NCBI RefSeq assembly: GCF_018350175.1
Contig: NC_058368.1
Span: 17,114,001-17,178,000 of the forward strand
DNA from: Felis catus
Lineage: Eukaryota
Direction of reading: 5' to 3'
Length of the DNA stretch: 64,000 bases
Shown: piece by piece, positions 1-13,738 of the stretch
How positions within the stretch are numbered: position 1 is the stretch's first letter
Layout: each line of letters begins with the position of its first letter
Notes under the pieces: model-generated
What the model was told of the DNA's origin: nothing
Seen by the model: only the letters and a program-made list of their open reading frames with translations
Database searches by the model: none
Position numbers and translations under genes: made by a program

Positions 1-147
1 GGGAGAGGGAGAGAGAAAAGCAGTCTCCACCCCCAGCACAGAGCCCAATGCCAGGCTCCACTCCCAGTCTCCACAGGACTGGAAGATCATGACATGAGCA
101 GAAATCAAGAGTTGGATGTTTAACCTACTAAGCCACCCAGGCGCCCC
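1..147 (-). mobile_element. CAN-SINE, partial (cut by window edge)
   Basis: Ends in gccacccaggcgcccc, the reverse complement of the SINE head GGGGCGCCTGGGTGGC. Confidence 0.9.
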
Positions 148-236
148 ATATTGTTCTTATACTTACTGATTTCCAGCAACTTTTCCAACACCTGAACTAT
201 TACACCAGTGAATATATTTTCTTCTACTGGTAACTC

Positions 237-497
237 AGAGGTTTTTCGTCTTCAAGGCTATTGACATTTTGGACAGGATAACTCTTCATTGTGTGGAGTC
301 ATGGGATGGGGGCTGGGGGCAGCTGTCCTGTGCATTGTAGGATATTTAGTAGCATCCACCAGATAATAAAAGCACTGCTCCTTTGCCCCCCCCCCCCCAC
401 CCCCAGTCATGGCTATCAAAACTATCTTCCCATTTTGCCAGATGTCCCGGGGAGAAGATGGATCACACCTCGGGGGTCACACCATTGAGAACCACTG
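237..497 (-). mobile_element. MER20-like hAT DNA transposon
   Basis: ctattgacattttggacaggataa...ctgtcctgtgcattgtaggat...ttgagaaccactg matches the reverse complement of the recalled MER20 consensus. Confidence 0.75.
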
Positions 498-654
498 CAT
501 TAGCTTACCCTGGCTTACCACTGGAAACTTTTAGCTACCGCCTTGCTGTGGCACAAGGGTCTTATTACACACTCCACCTGTTACCAGTGATGATATTGGG
601 GTGCTATCAGGTTAGTGGCTATTCAGTTCCAAATTCCCATTTTAGATTCTTCTT

Positions 655-1086
655 TTGTGGTGTCCTCCTGGCACAAAGGTCAGGATCCCAAGGGGCCAGG
701 TCCTGAGATGAACATTTGTGTACAAAAGCTTTCTCAGGAATGCTCAGAGGAACAGCATCTGTGAAGGAGTGAAGAAAGCAGGAGAGGGCAGAGGGAAAAG
801 TTGAACTAGTATGCAGTTGAGATGAAGGTTTCAGTTGAGGTGAAGGTGCTCTCTTCCCACAGAGAGCACCTGTAATAGGATGGCCCTTTAAAGATGCCCC
901 ACACTAAGACAACTTTGTACAATATTTCTAAATCAACCACCACTGAATGCAGGCTGCCACTCCACCTTCTTTTGACAAGGGGGATTCTGGGGAAGTTCTC
1001 AGCTATAAGCACAACAGCAGCCCGCACTCCTGACACCTGGGGAAATGAGTGTTTCAATAAGGCAATGCATCAAGACACCTCCTACA
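655..1086. mobile_element. Old ERVL/MaLR-type solo LTR
   Basis: ctgagatgaacatttgtgtac...gggcagagggaaaagttgaact...gatggcccttt is typical of old ERVL LTRs; subfamily not determined. Confidence 0.55.
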
Positions 1087-1706
1087 GGCATTAAAAGAGA
1101 CAACCTTGCAAATAATTTCTCCTAAAGGTAGTTGGCAAAAGAATTTAATTCTTGCCTTTCGAAAGAACCTGGAGAGACCATGGCATCTTGTGACCACATA
1201 GTCACTTGGTTAACAAATGTGTATCGAGTGCAACACACTATTCTGGATGCCAGATGGTGTACTTATCCTTGATAAATAACTTAATAAAGAATTAACTCTA
1301 CGAGGATAAGTAAAAGTAAGATGCCATATTGTGAAATTCAATTGGTAACATTGCTTATTTTTTAAACATGTTATCAATGAAAAGATGCAAGTTTAGCATA
1401 ATACAAACCAATGCTCCTCAAAGGTTTACAGTGGTTGTCCCAACAGTCCTTGGCCTTGCTACTTACAGCCCCTATGTGAACAGGACAATATCCCCAGCAC
1501 ATTTAGTTGACTACGCTGCTTATGGAAAAATCAAGCCTCAGTATTAATCCTATTAATTAAAACTGAAGCAGTCTTCTCAGTCAGTCTGAGTTGTTTTTGT
1601 GTAACTTACTTGATTTAATTTTATGATGGTCAGTGAAGGGGGTTAGAATTAAGGGTCTTCAGGGAAGTGGTGTTGGTAGTTTTTCTTAAAATAATTCCCA
1701 CTGATT

Positions 1707-1923
1707 GGGGTGCCTGGGTGGCTCAGTCGGTTAAGTGTCTAGCTTCGGTTCAGGTCATGATCTCACAGTCCGTGAGTTCGAGCCCCGCGTTGGGTTCTGT
1801 GATGATAGTTCTCAGAGCCTGGAGCCTGCTTCAGATTCTGTGTCTCCCTCTCTCTCCCTGCACCTGCTCGCACTCTGTCTCTCTCTCTCTCTCTCAAAAA
1901 TAACCATTAAAAAATTTTTGTTT
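1707..1923 (+). mobile_element. CAN-SINE
   Basis: tRNA-like head, (CT)n, A tail; TSD AAATAATTCCCACTGA at 1689 and 1924. Confidence 0.95.
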
Positions 1924-2080
1924 AAATAATTCCCACTGACGAGTTTTGATAGTATCTTTAAATTCTATCTCAAAGAAATTGAATCATCTGTTAGGAATGG
2001 AATTGAGAAATCTTCAGGAAATGTATGTATGGAGTATACAATATAATGTTATATAACTATGTGAACTCTGAAACATAGAG

Positions 2081-2309
2081 CAGTGTGTCTCTCAACCAGG
2101 GGGGATTTTTCTGATATCTGGAAACATATTTTTTTAATCTGAAAACGTTTGTGATTGTACTGCCTCACCATGGGAGAGTAGAGGTGCTACCAGCATCTAA
2201 TAGGTGAAGGCCAGGAATGCTGTGAGACATTCTACAATGCTCGGGACAGTTTATCACAAAAAGGCTTATTCAGTCCAAAATGTCAATAGTGCCAAGTTGA
2301 GAAACTCTG
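2081..2309 (+). mobile_element. MER20-like hAT DNA transposon
   Basis: cagtgtgtctctcaaccagggggg...aaatgtcaatagtgccaagttgagaaactctg. Confidence 0.8.
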
Positions 2310-2436
2310 ATATAAAGAGACAATAATATTCTGTGCCTTTAACCAGTCCAGTATTTTTGCACGCTTCCTGAAAACTCTGAAGTATTTTGCATATTTCATG
2401 ATCATGGAATATAATCTCTCCTAAAGATTATAAAAG

Positions 2437-2589
2437 AATCCTTTATTTTATAATAAATCCTTCATTGATCATGTAATCCTTTATTATGTAAATAATCCTT
2501 CATTTATTTTAAATAATCCTTTTTAAAGGGTTATTAAAGGACACTCAACTTAAATATTTTTAAGGACATTCAACTTAAATATTTTTAAG
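2437..2589. repeat. AT-rich degenerate AATCCTT repeats plus a 25-bp tandem duplication
   Basis: Five AATCCTT units; AAGGACA(C/T)TCAACTTAAATATTTTT at 2537 and 2562. Confidence 0.75.
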
Positions 2590-3427
2590 ATAAAACTTTA
2601 AAATTTTCTCAGAAATAAAATAAAAACAGGAATATGCGAAACATTACATTTTTGTGCATATCTTTTTTATATATATATAACCATTAGACATCTGTGAGAC
2701 TTAGCCTTGTTTCCTTCACACCTGTCATGTTCGGCTCCTTAAAGATGAGTAACCTGAGTCTCGTACCTCTACATGCATGTGCCTTAACAGTCATGCTTCG
2801 GTTCCTAACTCAATCCTGAGCTAACTAGAAAATAAGCAGGAGCCACATTGTTATCATTTCCTGGGGAGTAAAGTTAAATTGCCCTTCAAGCTCTCAGATC
2901 CATGAGATAGTCATGACTTCTGGATTCCAGCATTGCCCATCTCTCCTTCTTAAGGATGATGTGACTTATACTCAGAACCCAAAGGCACTAGGAATGACCT
3001 TATGCTGTCTCCCTCTTCATCTCTAGAGAATTATCCCTTTCTATACATCTTGTCCCTAACCTTGTCTTTATTCTTTGCTGCAGTCAGTTACAATTCCTGG
3101 AAACGAGGCCCGTTTGAAATTAAAATCTTATTCTAGGCCCTAGTTTGGAAATAGTCATTAGGCTTTTCATACCGGCCTCTTTTCCAGAACTGAAGCCAAT
3201 TCCCCAACTCCAGTCTGGCAATTAACATAATGGTTCATAACAGAGTAACGAGGAGATAATTTCTAACCAAATTACTGAGTAGTAGCTACTGTGTGAACTC
3301 AGATGCTCTACTCCACCTGTCTATAGAAACCTGTATCTCCTGTAGCATCTGAATGCTGTATTGCAATTGTTTCTTTATTGATATCAGTTTCCAACCAAGT
3401 TTGGGAGCCACGCCAAGAGGATGATTG

Positions 3428-4371
3428 ATTTTTTCTAGCCTTATCGATATATAATTGACATATAACATGGTGTAAGTTTAAGGTGTGCAGCATAATGATT
3501 TGATACACACATATAATTTGAAATGATTATCCCAATAAGGTTGCTTAACACCTCTATCACCTTGTCTAATTACCTTTTTGTGTGTGGTGATAAACATTTA
3601 AGATCTACTCTCTTAGTAATTTTCAAGTACATAATAGAGTATTGTTAAGTCTAGTCACCATGTTGTTTATTAGATCCCTACAACATATTCATTTTGTAAC
3701 TGGAAGTTTGTGCCCTTTGACCAATATCTCCCCCATTTCCCCTACTCCCGGCCACCATTCTACTCTCTGTTTCTACGAATTTGGCATTTTTTTAGATGCC
3801 ACATAAAAGTGAGAGCGTGCAGTTTTTGTCTTTCTTTATCTGACGTATGTCAGTTAGCATAACGCCCCCAAGGGCCATCCATGCAATGGCAAATGACCAG
3901 AATTCCTTCTTTTTAATGATTGAATAATATTCCATTAAATATATGTACTGCAACTTCTTGACACATTCACCTGTCAGTTGACACTCGGGTTGTTTCCGAG
4001 TCTTAGTTATTGTGAATAATGCCACAAAGAACATGGAGGTATAGATATCTCTCTGAAATTCTGATTTTATTTTCTTTGGATATATACCCAAAAGTGGAAT
4101 TGCTGGATCATATGGTAGTTCTATTTTTAATTTTTTGGAGAACACTCATATTTTTTTCCAATGTGGTTATACCAATTTACATTCTCATCACAGTGCATAA
4201 GAATTCTCTGTCCTTCACATGCTCTCCAAAATTTATGCCTTGTCTTTCTGATAATAGCCATTCTAACAGCTGTGGAGTGATATTTCATTGTGGTTTTGAT
4301 TTGCATTTTCCCAATGATTACTGATATTGAACATCTTTTCATGTACTTGTTGGCCGTTTATATGTCTTTTT
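3428..4371 (-). mobile_element. LINE-1 3' fragment (ORF2 C-terminus plus 3' UTR)
   Basis: ORFs 3792-4145 and 4127-4342 resemble the ORF2 C-terminus ([29 protein letters not shown]). Confidence 0.92.
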
Positions 4372-4964
4372 TTATTTAAATAGAACAGAGTTTCTCTTTA
4401 AGTGACTTGTAATCGGAGTTCCCAAAGCTGTCACTGGTACTATGGCAGTTACTCAGACACAAAGCTCCTACTTTAAATAAGAGATAAAGAAACAATTTCC
4501 AGGAGAATAGGGAAGGACGGATTGCATAACTTCCGGGGGCGTTTACACAGATAGGACATGGCAGCAGTGAGGACCAACGTTAGAAATAATAATGATGAGG
4601 AAATGCAGAATTGTGTGTGTTAAGCCTGTGGTTAGAACAGAAATCAGCAAGAAAGACTGGATCTATTACTCAAAAATCATACACTGAATAAATGGAAAGA
4701 GATTTGTAGCAGAGCTTCAAAATAACATACCATAGGGTTTATATTTTAATACTATAAATTTATGTGTTATGAAGATTAAAATGCTTCACAGATATTAGTT
4801 TAGTAAGGATTTATCCAATTATTCAGAGCAGCATATCAACATAAGTGTTATATTTAAAACATACCTATGTCTCTTTTATTGCTACAGAAGCTTCTGAAAC
4901 TCATGACAATACAGTATTTAAAAGTTGAGTGGAAGATTCTGAGATTACCATATATATCAACCAC

Positions 4965-5158
4965 TTTTTTATTTATTTGAAAGAGACAGAGACAGCACAA
5001 GTGGGGGAGGGGCAGAGAGAGAGGGAGAGAGGGAGAGAGGGAGACTGTGCTGGCAGCCAGAGCCTGACGTGGGGCTCAAACTCACGAAACCGCGAGATCA
5101 TGACCTCAGCCAAAACCCGCAGTTGGACACTTTACCAACTGAGCCACCCAAGTACCCT
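4965..5158 (-). mobile_element. CAN-SINE
   Basis: T tail, (GA)n, reverse-complement head ...gagccacccaagtaccc. Confidence 0.9.
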
Positions 5159-6144
5159 GACTTCTTTTTAAAATGAATAACACAATACAAAAATGATGTT
5201 ATCTTGTGACTAAAGTTTCCAATAAACAGTGAAAGTATACTGCAAGGGCCCAGAGATTTTTAAATATGTCATATTACACAGTGAAAGAATAGAGGTACAG
5301 AGAAATGGTCAGAAAATGGAACCAGTGTTTTGTATGTGTGTACATGGTAAATATTTTATTTTTACTCATCTATAAATCACTTTGTTTCAAAACTGTTAGC
5401 TATAGTAAATACACATAATTCAAAACAAGCTGAAATTTAAAATAGATAGGATAATTTCCAAGGAAGACCTCAAGAGCCGGAATTCTCTCTAAGGTGAGGG
5501 CAGTTATCCTCCTGCCCACAACTATATCTCAATGCCAGTGGAAGTGCCTAGAACAAAGTGAATATTCAAAATGTATTTGCTGAATGAACTGATGTGACTT
5601 AAATGCCCATTTTAACTTCCTCCTCTTTTAGACCTCTCTTGACATAACTATCACAACAAGAAAAGGAAGACATTTTTTTTTTTGGTCAGAGTTGAATCTA
5701 CAAAAAGATGAAATTTACTAAAAAAGAAATTATTGCTGCTATATGGTTCAAACTGGGCTAGAGCAAAATATTAATAATTTAAAAAGTTTACCTGTCCATA
5801 TAGGAAGGAGTAGCCCACCGAAGAAGCATGACCAGACCATCATTATCCAATTCAGAATGGTTTAGGCTGGAAATGACAGCCAATTGGTTAACAATCAGTG
5901 GCGTGTCTGGGTCCCATCTTCTTCCTCTGGAAAAATTGCCAGGTACCAGAGACTACACCTATGGGAAATACATAGAGTTACTTTTAGGAGACTTGAATCT
6001 TGATACAGATGGCACTGCCTGGCACAGGATGGCTGCTATATGAAATAGTGAATAGGAACTCCAGCTTCACCATTCCCGGGTAGTATGTCATTGACTGGGC
6101 AGAAGAAATTGTGACCCACACAATTTCAGAAAACAACCATCGCA

Positions 6145-6361
6145 TTTTTAAATTAAAAAAATTTTTTTTTGAGACAGAGAAAGAAAAAGAGAATGTGAAC
6201 GGGAAAGGGGCAGAGGGAAAAGGAGAGAGATTATCTTAAACAGGCTCCACATTAAGTGCTGAGCCTGACATGTATGTAGCTTGATCTCACGATCCTGAGA
6301 TCATGACGTGAGCCAAAATCAAGAGTCAGATGGTCAATTGACTGAGCCACCCAGGCATCCC
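6145..6361 (-). mobile_element. CAN-SINE (older subfamily)
   Basis: ...aatcaagagtcagatggtcaattgactgagccacccaggcatcc. Confidence 0.9.
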
Positions 6362-6899
6362 TCATTTCTAATACTAAGCGAGAATTGAACTTCTTGGTAA
6401 ATGTAAGAAAATAGTAACAATCATAGTGATGATGATAATGATGACGGTGATAGTGATGATGATAATAAACCAGAAAAAACATATTAAATGCTCTTCTTCT
6501 GGACCAAGGATTTCTCAGGTTTTGACTTCTGGCTTAACATGGCTGAATTCCTAATCTGTATTGGTGTTTTATTCTCTCTTGAAGTCAAATTAAAATGATA
6601 AAGGGAATGAAAAGAAATTGTCAAACTTAGAAGACAGATCCATACCTCTTTAAGGGAGCTTCTCTCTACCTTCACGTCTTGTCCATCTGTGAGGGAACCA
6701 TGAGAAAATTCACTCTAACCACGAACACTGACTAATTCAGCCCCTCCATTATATTTGTCACCACAAACATTTTAACCAAATTACAACTGTGAACAGAGGC
6801 ATCGAAGTGGAACATTGAAGAAACTTTTGGGGAAAAATTAACTCGGTGAAAGTTTATTATGTTAATTGATCATGCTCAAATAGTTAGAGAATATTATAT

Positions 6900-8125
6900 C
6901 TAAAGCAGAGAAAAGCAAAAAGGAACAGCTACTCAAAACTCTTTACTGGATGAAATAAAATGCAAATAAAAGAAAGAGATTCAAAATAATTAATATTTAT
7001 CTGGGAGAAGTTCCATGAGGAGACAACTAAAATTATTATGCTGTAGAATTTTTTTCTCTCATTAAATCAGTACAAATGAAAACATGATAAACTAGGACGG
7101 AGCAATTCGTCCCCAATATGGGAGAGATTAGTATCTTTAGCCAGCATGCTATTTAACGTTAGAAAAATGGAATTACCTTTAAAGTCGAGAACAAAAGGAG
7201 CACACCATTACCATTATCAAGTATTATCTAGACATGCTAATCAATGCAATACCATGACAAACACAATCCAGACAAATAACCATGGGAAAAAAGTGGTAAA
7301 ATTATCATAATCTTCAAATGATGTTATTTTCTACTAAGAAAATGCAAGAGAATCAACTAAAATATAATCAAAACTCATGAATGAACTCAGAAAAATATCA
7401 AATTGTCACATTAATGCAAACTTTGATATTATCTTCTGTACCAGCAACAGCCTATTTGAAATATCTAAGTGAATATACTGTATTCATAATAACAACAAAA
7501 ATTGTTAAGTGCCTTACAATAAATGTGCAGAATCTACACAGAGTAAACTACAAAAAGTAACTGGAATATAAAAAAGACTAGAAAGTGAAGATATTTTATC
7601 ACTAAAGAAGAAAATTTAATAGCATAACTACAACATTTCTCCCTAACATGACTCAAAATGTAGTTAAAATAAAAATAATCATAACTATAATAAAATAAAA
7701 ATATTATAATTACATGGTACCTGGGGGGTTCAGTTGGTTAAGTGTCCAGCTCTTGATTTTGACTCAGGTCATGCAGGATCTCATGATTCCTGAGATCGAG
7801 CCCCACTTCGAGCTCTCCTCTGACAGCAGCAGATTCTGCTCGGGATTCTGTCTCTCCCTCTCTCTCTGTCCCTCCCCGGCTCATGCACAGGCACATGCAT
7901 GCATGCTTTCTCTCTCTCTCTCTCTCTCAAAATAAGTAAATAATCATTTAAAAGTATATTATAATTGCAAAAATAAATATAAAATTATCATTAAAAATTT
8001 TTAATGTTTTGTGATTACAAAATGTTACTGAAGTTTGCACAATTGCAAAACTATTCTGAAATAACATAAAGAAACTTGTGGGAGACTTACACTATCCTTA
8101 ATAAAATGCATTAAATTGTTTTAAT
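6900..8125 (+). mobile_element. Ancient, highly diverged L1 ORF2 fragment interrupted by a SINE
   Basis: A-rich, with decayed ORF2-like motifs (gtaaaattatcataatcttcaaatgatg; gaaaatgcaagagaatcaac). Confidence 0.6.
7716..7952 (+). mobile_element. CAN-SINE
   Basis: Diverged head, (CT)n, A tail; flanked by TATTATAATT repeats. Confidence 0.88.
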
Positions 8126-8269
8126 AATTAGGCTTAACCAGCCCAAACCAATTGGAAGAAGTTCTGAAACTGGAAATAAGAGAAAAGCTCAAAAGAACAG
8201 AGGTTGAAATGTCACTGACACCTATGTGTAATTCCACACCTATGTGGAAATGTCACTGACACCTATTAT

Positions 8270-8750
8270 GTTTTACAATAAGAGAAATCCAAAGGTAGAC
8301 AGTTTAGAGCTGACAAGGCAGCTCCATTGTGTCATCAAAAACTGAGGCTTTCCACCAGATTCTCTCACTCTGCAGCTTCCATTCCGAGTATGGCTTCTAT
8401 CTGTGTGGCCACTGTGTGGTTTCTATCCTCCAGAGAACGTGTTAGTCCAAGACATTTGCTGGAACACCACCCATCATTTACACACTGCAGATCAGAAGGA
8501 GAGAAAAGGCAAGAAAGCAAAAAGTTGGTTCCTCTTCAGTGAGTTCCCTCTAATCAGCCTTTGCAAATGGCACATACGATAATCTTGCTTACCCCTCATT
8601 AGCCAGAATGTAGTCATATGGTCACACCCTGCTACAAGGAGGAAGGAGGACTACAGACGACAGAGTTTCATTTATGTGATAGTCTGCCTACCAGAAAATT
8701 AGAAATCTTTTCCCTTGGATATTGGGGTAGGCAACTGCCAGCTTCTGACA
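8270..8750. mobile_element. Old MaLR LTR (MLT1-like)
   Basis: cattagccagaatgtagtcatatggtcacaccctgctacaagga and ggatattggggtaggcaactgcc are MLT1-type motifs. Confidence 0.6.
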
Positions 8751-9020
8751 AATGAGTTAGAATATCATAAAATTGGCATTTTATGTTAATAGGAAAAGTA
8801 TAGATTTGTTTTTTCCAAAATGATGCTGGAAAATTGGTTTGGTGCTTAGCATAATACTAAATTCAGTCTTTCCTTATAGTATACATGATAAATTTCCATT
8901 ATATTTATTTTCAAATCACATAGGAATATGTTAAAGTCCTATTATTAGCACTTTTTATGATTAAAAATAAAATTGAAAGTTTGGAAGTCATAGAAGAAAT
9001 TTTAAAGTCATGGAAGAAAA

Positions 9021-9243
9021 TTTAAAGTTTATTTATTTATTTTGAGAGAGAAAGAGAAAGAGAGAGACAGAGAGATGTGAGGAGGGGAGGGGCAGAAAGA
9101 GAGAGGGAGAGAGAATCTCAAGCAGGCTTTGCCCTAACAGCGTGGAACCCCAGTGCAGGGCTTGAACCCAGGAACCGTGAGATCATGACCTGAGCCAAAA
9201 CCCAGAGTTTGTTGTTTAACCAACTGAGCCACGTAGGCACCCA
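9021..9243 (-). mobile_element. CAN-SINE
   Basis: tttatttatttattttgagagag...gagccacgtaggcaccc. Confidence 0.92.
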
Positions 9244-11019
9244 ACAATTTAAAAAATACAAAAAAAAGTATGTCAAGATCACTATTCCATCACTACCAGA
9301 GATCACAATAATTACTATTTTATATTTTTCTCTATATATAAATATAGGTATAAATGTATGTTCCATGTATACAATATACATGGATATATTCAATAAGTGT
9401 GCACAGTTTATGTGTGTGTGTGAGCATAAACACACACTCATAGTGTATGGTCCAGAGTACCATGGCTGAAAACATCAGAAACCTAATGTAACACATAAAA
9501 AAGTGACGTATTGACAAGTAGCTCACCAAATACTTGAAAAACCTACAAAGAGAGAGGAAAAAAAAACATGAAAGACATTTTATAGGCAAGAAGTCTGATT
9601 ACTACAAACCAGCAAATCCTAGTTATGTTTTGTAGAAGAAATAGAAATCTATCTCTATGCTTTCCAGAGACGTAATCAGCTCTATTATTCACAGAATCCA
9701 TCAGATATAATCAAATTCTTCCCTATAGTAAGACTTTAAAGAAATTTACATCTCAGGTCCTTATAACAAGCCATGTAATATAATACATAGCAATTTCAAC
9801 AACATTAAAACAGTAAATACGAGTCTGTTTCTTAGCTCTCAATGTAAGCCAATATAATCTTGGCAATGTGTAATTCAATTAAAGCTGTTCAACAGGAAGC
9901 CAAAGCAATTTTGTCCACCTCTGCAACAGTCTGTTATTCTGGGCAATCCAACGTGAATTTTAGAATCATTATAGCAATGAAGTTGGAAGTTCTCAGGTTC
10001 CAGGTAAGGAGCGACTCACTTTTAATTCTTGGAATCCTACGTAAGAGTTTGTTTGAAAACAAATGTTTACCATTAAAAAAAATTAAGAAGCTTATTGTGG
10101 AAGAATTGATGGTCTTGTTCTCTAGTCTTCCATAAATATTCATTCTCTTAGCTGCACTTCTAGTATTGTGAGTGAGCATATATTAACCACTGAATACCAT
10201 GAAAATTGCCACAAATAAAACGATTCTAAATTGCTGCGTAAGCATATAACAATTTGTTTGAACAGTCAATCACACTGGATTATCGCACTTACACGTGTCA
10301 GACAAAGGTTGAGTAGCTGAAGTGCTAACGTTGGACAGTCCTTGTGCAGTCCCAGCCAAGAAACAATCAAGCCAAAGTTGGACAAACTACCTTCTTTGTC
10401 CATTCACAACTCAAAGCTTAAGCCATAGCCTCATATTTTACCCATGTGACTTACAAAAGCACACTCAAGAGCACCGAAAAAACAAACAAACAAATGAATG
10501 GGTGTATGTATTAAGTCAGTATTGGTGTTTTGGCTCCTAAGAGATACATCTCAGTCCACCTATGTTCTAGAATCTAAATGAGCATTCTTTTATCTTCCCA
10601 GTGAAATAAAGCAGGCAGGAAGAGAGAGAGGTTGAGGTTGCATGGGGATGAAGATTTCTAGAAGTTTCTCTCCTAGAAACCAACATTCCTCTGGGTGTTT
10701 TGTGTGTGTATGGTCAACGAGGAATATGGCTTTTCTGCTCAAGGGAGATCAATGAACTATATAATACCAGAGAAGTGTCAGTGGCAACTTTTGGTACTGT
10801 TTTGTCATATCTATATGTATCTTTTGGGGACCAATTAGATATAATCACCTCTAAAACTTTGGAATCCCTATTAATTATTTTCCCTGAATGATTATCCAAA
10901 GGGTTAAGTCACTATAATAAACTGAAAAGCACCCCCATTCTAATTCTTGTGTTGTATTATGTTCTTTTATACAATTCAAATGAGTTCACCAAACTAATTG
11001 TGTGATGACCACTAAATCA

Positions 11020-11742
11020 GACTGAAAGTCATAAAACTCCTAAAAGAAAACATAAGGGAAAAACTCCTTGATACTGGTCTTGGAAATAATTTTTTTAATA
11101 ACACCAGAATCACAAGCAACAAAAGCAAAAGAAACTACAAGAAAATGAAATGAAACCCATGCAAGGGGAGAAAATATTTGCAGCTCATCTAAGAAGGGGT
11201 TACTATCCAAAATATATGAGGAACTCATACAACTCAATAGCAAAGAAAACAAACAATCTTATTTAAAATGTGCAAAGGACTTGAATAGACATTTTTCCAA
11301 AGAAGACATTCAAGGTGACAACAGGTACATGAAAAAATGCTCAACATCACTAATCATCCGGGAAATGCAAATCAAAACTATAATGAGATATCACCTCATA
11401 CCTGTTGGAAAGATTCCTATAAAAAATGCAAGAGATAACAAGTGCTGGAGAGGCTGTAAAGTAAAAGGAATCCTTGTATGCTATTGGTGGGAATGTAAAT
11501 TGGTGCAGCCACATGGAAAACAATATATAGAGTTTCCTCAAAAAACATCAAAAATAGAACTGCCATATGATCTAGCAATCCTACTTCTGGGTATATGTCA
11601 AAAAAAAGTGGCATCAGGATCTCAAACAGATATCTTCATTCACATGTGCATTGCAGCATTATTAATAACAGTCATGATATGGAAACAACCTAAGTGTCCA
11701 TCTACAGATGAATGGATAGATATATAATAGATGATGAGATAG

Positions 11743-11784
<42 letters not shown>

Positions 11785-12282
11785 TTTAAAAATAAAAAAG
11801 AAGAAAATCCTGTCATTTGCAATAACATGGAAGGATCTTGAGGGCATTGTGCTAAATGAAATAAATCAGACAGAGAAAGACAAATACCGTATGACACTAC
11901 TTACATGTGGAATCTTAAAAAAGCTGAACTCATAGAAACAAAGACTTTAAGGGTGGTTGCCAGGGACTGGGGGTGGATGATGTAAAGGGGAGATTTGGTG
12001 AAAAGGTACAAACTTCCAGAGATAAGATGAGTAAGTCCTGAGGATCTAATGTGCAGCATGGTGAGTAGAGTTAGCAATATTGTATTATATACTCAAAAGT
12101 TGCTAAGAGAATAGATTCTAAATGCTACCACCACAAAATAAATGGTAATTATATGAGAGAATGGAGGTGTTAAGTACCCGTGTTATGGTAATCATTTGCA
12201 CTATGTATGTATAACAAATCATCACATTGCACACCTTAACTTACACAATGTTATATGTCAATTGTATGTCAAGGGAAAAAAA
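11020..12282 (+). mobile_element. LINE-1 3' fragment with internal (GATA)n
   Basis: ORF 11281-11727 is the ORF2 C-terminus including the CCHC-knuckle region (KCWRGC...CYWWEC), followed by 3' UTR and A tail. Confidence 0.93.
11745..11784. repeat. (GATA)n tetranucleotide microsatellite
   Basis: About 10 perfect GATA units. Confidence 0.95.
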
Positions 12283-12944
12283 TTAAAGTTATGTGTAAGT
12301 AAATCCACATATAATACAATTTCATGGGTAAAATACTCCAATAAAATAAGATTATCATTGGGAATAATCAAGGGGCTACATGTGTGGTTTAGACAATAAA
12401 TGCTGTTGAAGAAAAGAGACAAGTCAGGAAGGTTAAATACCATCGCCATTATTGTCTGACTATAAAAGAAATTAAAATTTTTAGGCATTAGTTTAAAATT
12501 GGCATTAGTTTATGGATCACATTGTCACAGTATTGGTGGTCTAGTTCTCCTCATTATTAAGTTTCTTTGGGCCTCTCTCATTTTAAGTTGAAGATATAAG
12601 TTGAGTTTAAATATACAGAGAAATGAAATATTTATTAACTCTCAAACGTCTGATCTATAGAGTATTTACAACAGGTTAATCTAAAGCTCTTACTATTCTG
12701 AAAGAGAAAACAATAACATATTTTTCTCAGGGCAGTACGAATATTTAATAGAAACATGTTAAAAGAATTCGTATTCTTATGAACCAAACATACATGGAGA
12801 GAAACTGACAGACAGAGCTGCAAAGAACCATAGACATGCCTCCTACAAAATCTTAGATCTGAGAGTAACAGTAAAATGAAACATAACCTAAAGGTTTCAA
12901 GAAGCATTGGTTTTATACTTGAATGAGAGGATTATAAGCCAGAC

Positions 12945-13151
12945 ATTTTTTTTGAAATGTTTACTTATTTTTGAGACAGCGTGGGGGCGGGGTGGGGAGC
13001 AGAGAGAGAGAGGTAGAAAGACGATCCCAGGCAGGCTCTGCTGCGGTCAGCTCAGGGCCTGACACAGGACTTGATCCCACGAATCATGAGATCATGACCT
13101 GAGCCAAAATCAAGAGCCAGATGCTTAACCAGCTAAGCCACCCAGGCACCC
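12945..13151 (-). mobile_element. CAN-SINE
   Basis: Decayed TSD TAAGCCAGACATTTTT / TAAGTCAAACGTTTTT. Confidence 0.9.
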
Positions 13152-13515
13152 TCTAAGTCAAACGTTTTTAAATCCTTTTCAAGAATTTACCAATGCTGAT
13201 CGTGCATTACAATTTTAGTGAAAACTAGGAATTATTACAACCACTTTGAAGACACTTTTTCAAGTAAATAGAAGATTTGTAAAGCACATTACCCAAGCTA
13301 TTTGCAACTCCATGTAGGTTGGGGGGAAATCATGTGCATTTCTCTATTTCTTCTGTGCGTCTGTATGAACTTGGAACTGAACAGCACAAGCCTACCCGTT
13401 ATGTGCCTCTCTCATGATGTAAGAGCAATAATGGCAGATTTCTCTTCCATGAATATAGAATTTCCACAGAACATTCCAACAGTTGGGCTGCCTCATAGTA
13501 TAAGTCATGGAAATC

Positions 13516-13738
13516 TTTTTTTTTTTTTTTTTTTTCAACGTTTATTTAGTTTTGGGACAGAGAGAGACAGAGCATGAACGGGGGAGGGGCAGAGAGAGAG
13601 GGAGATACAGAATCGGAAACAGGCTCCAGGCTCTGAGCCATCAGTCCAGAGCCTGACGCGGGGCTCGAACTCCCGGACCGCGAGATCGTGACCTGGCTGA
13701 AGTCGGACCCTTAACCGACTGCGCCACCCAGGCGCCCC
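13516..13738 (-). mobile_element. Young felid SINEC_Fc-type SINE
   Basis: Near-consensus, CpGs intact, long T tail, GGAAATC repeated on both flanks. Confidence 0.95.

Noticed and set aside
2437..2589. CRISPR-like or other functional repeat array
   Set aside because: Short, irregular, AT-rich slippage repeats in a mammalian genome; no regular spacers and no cas genes.
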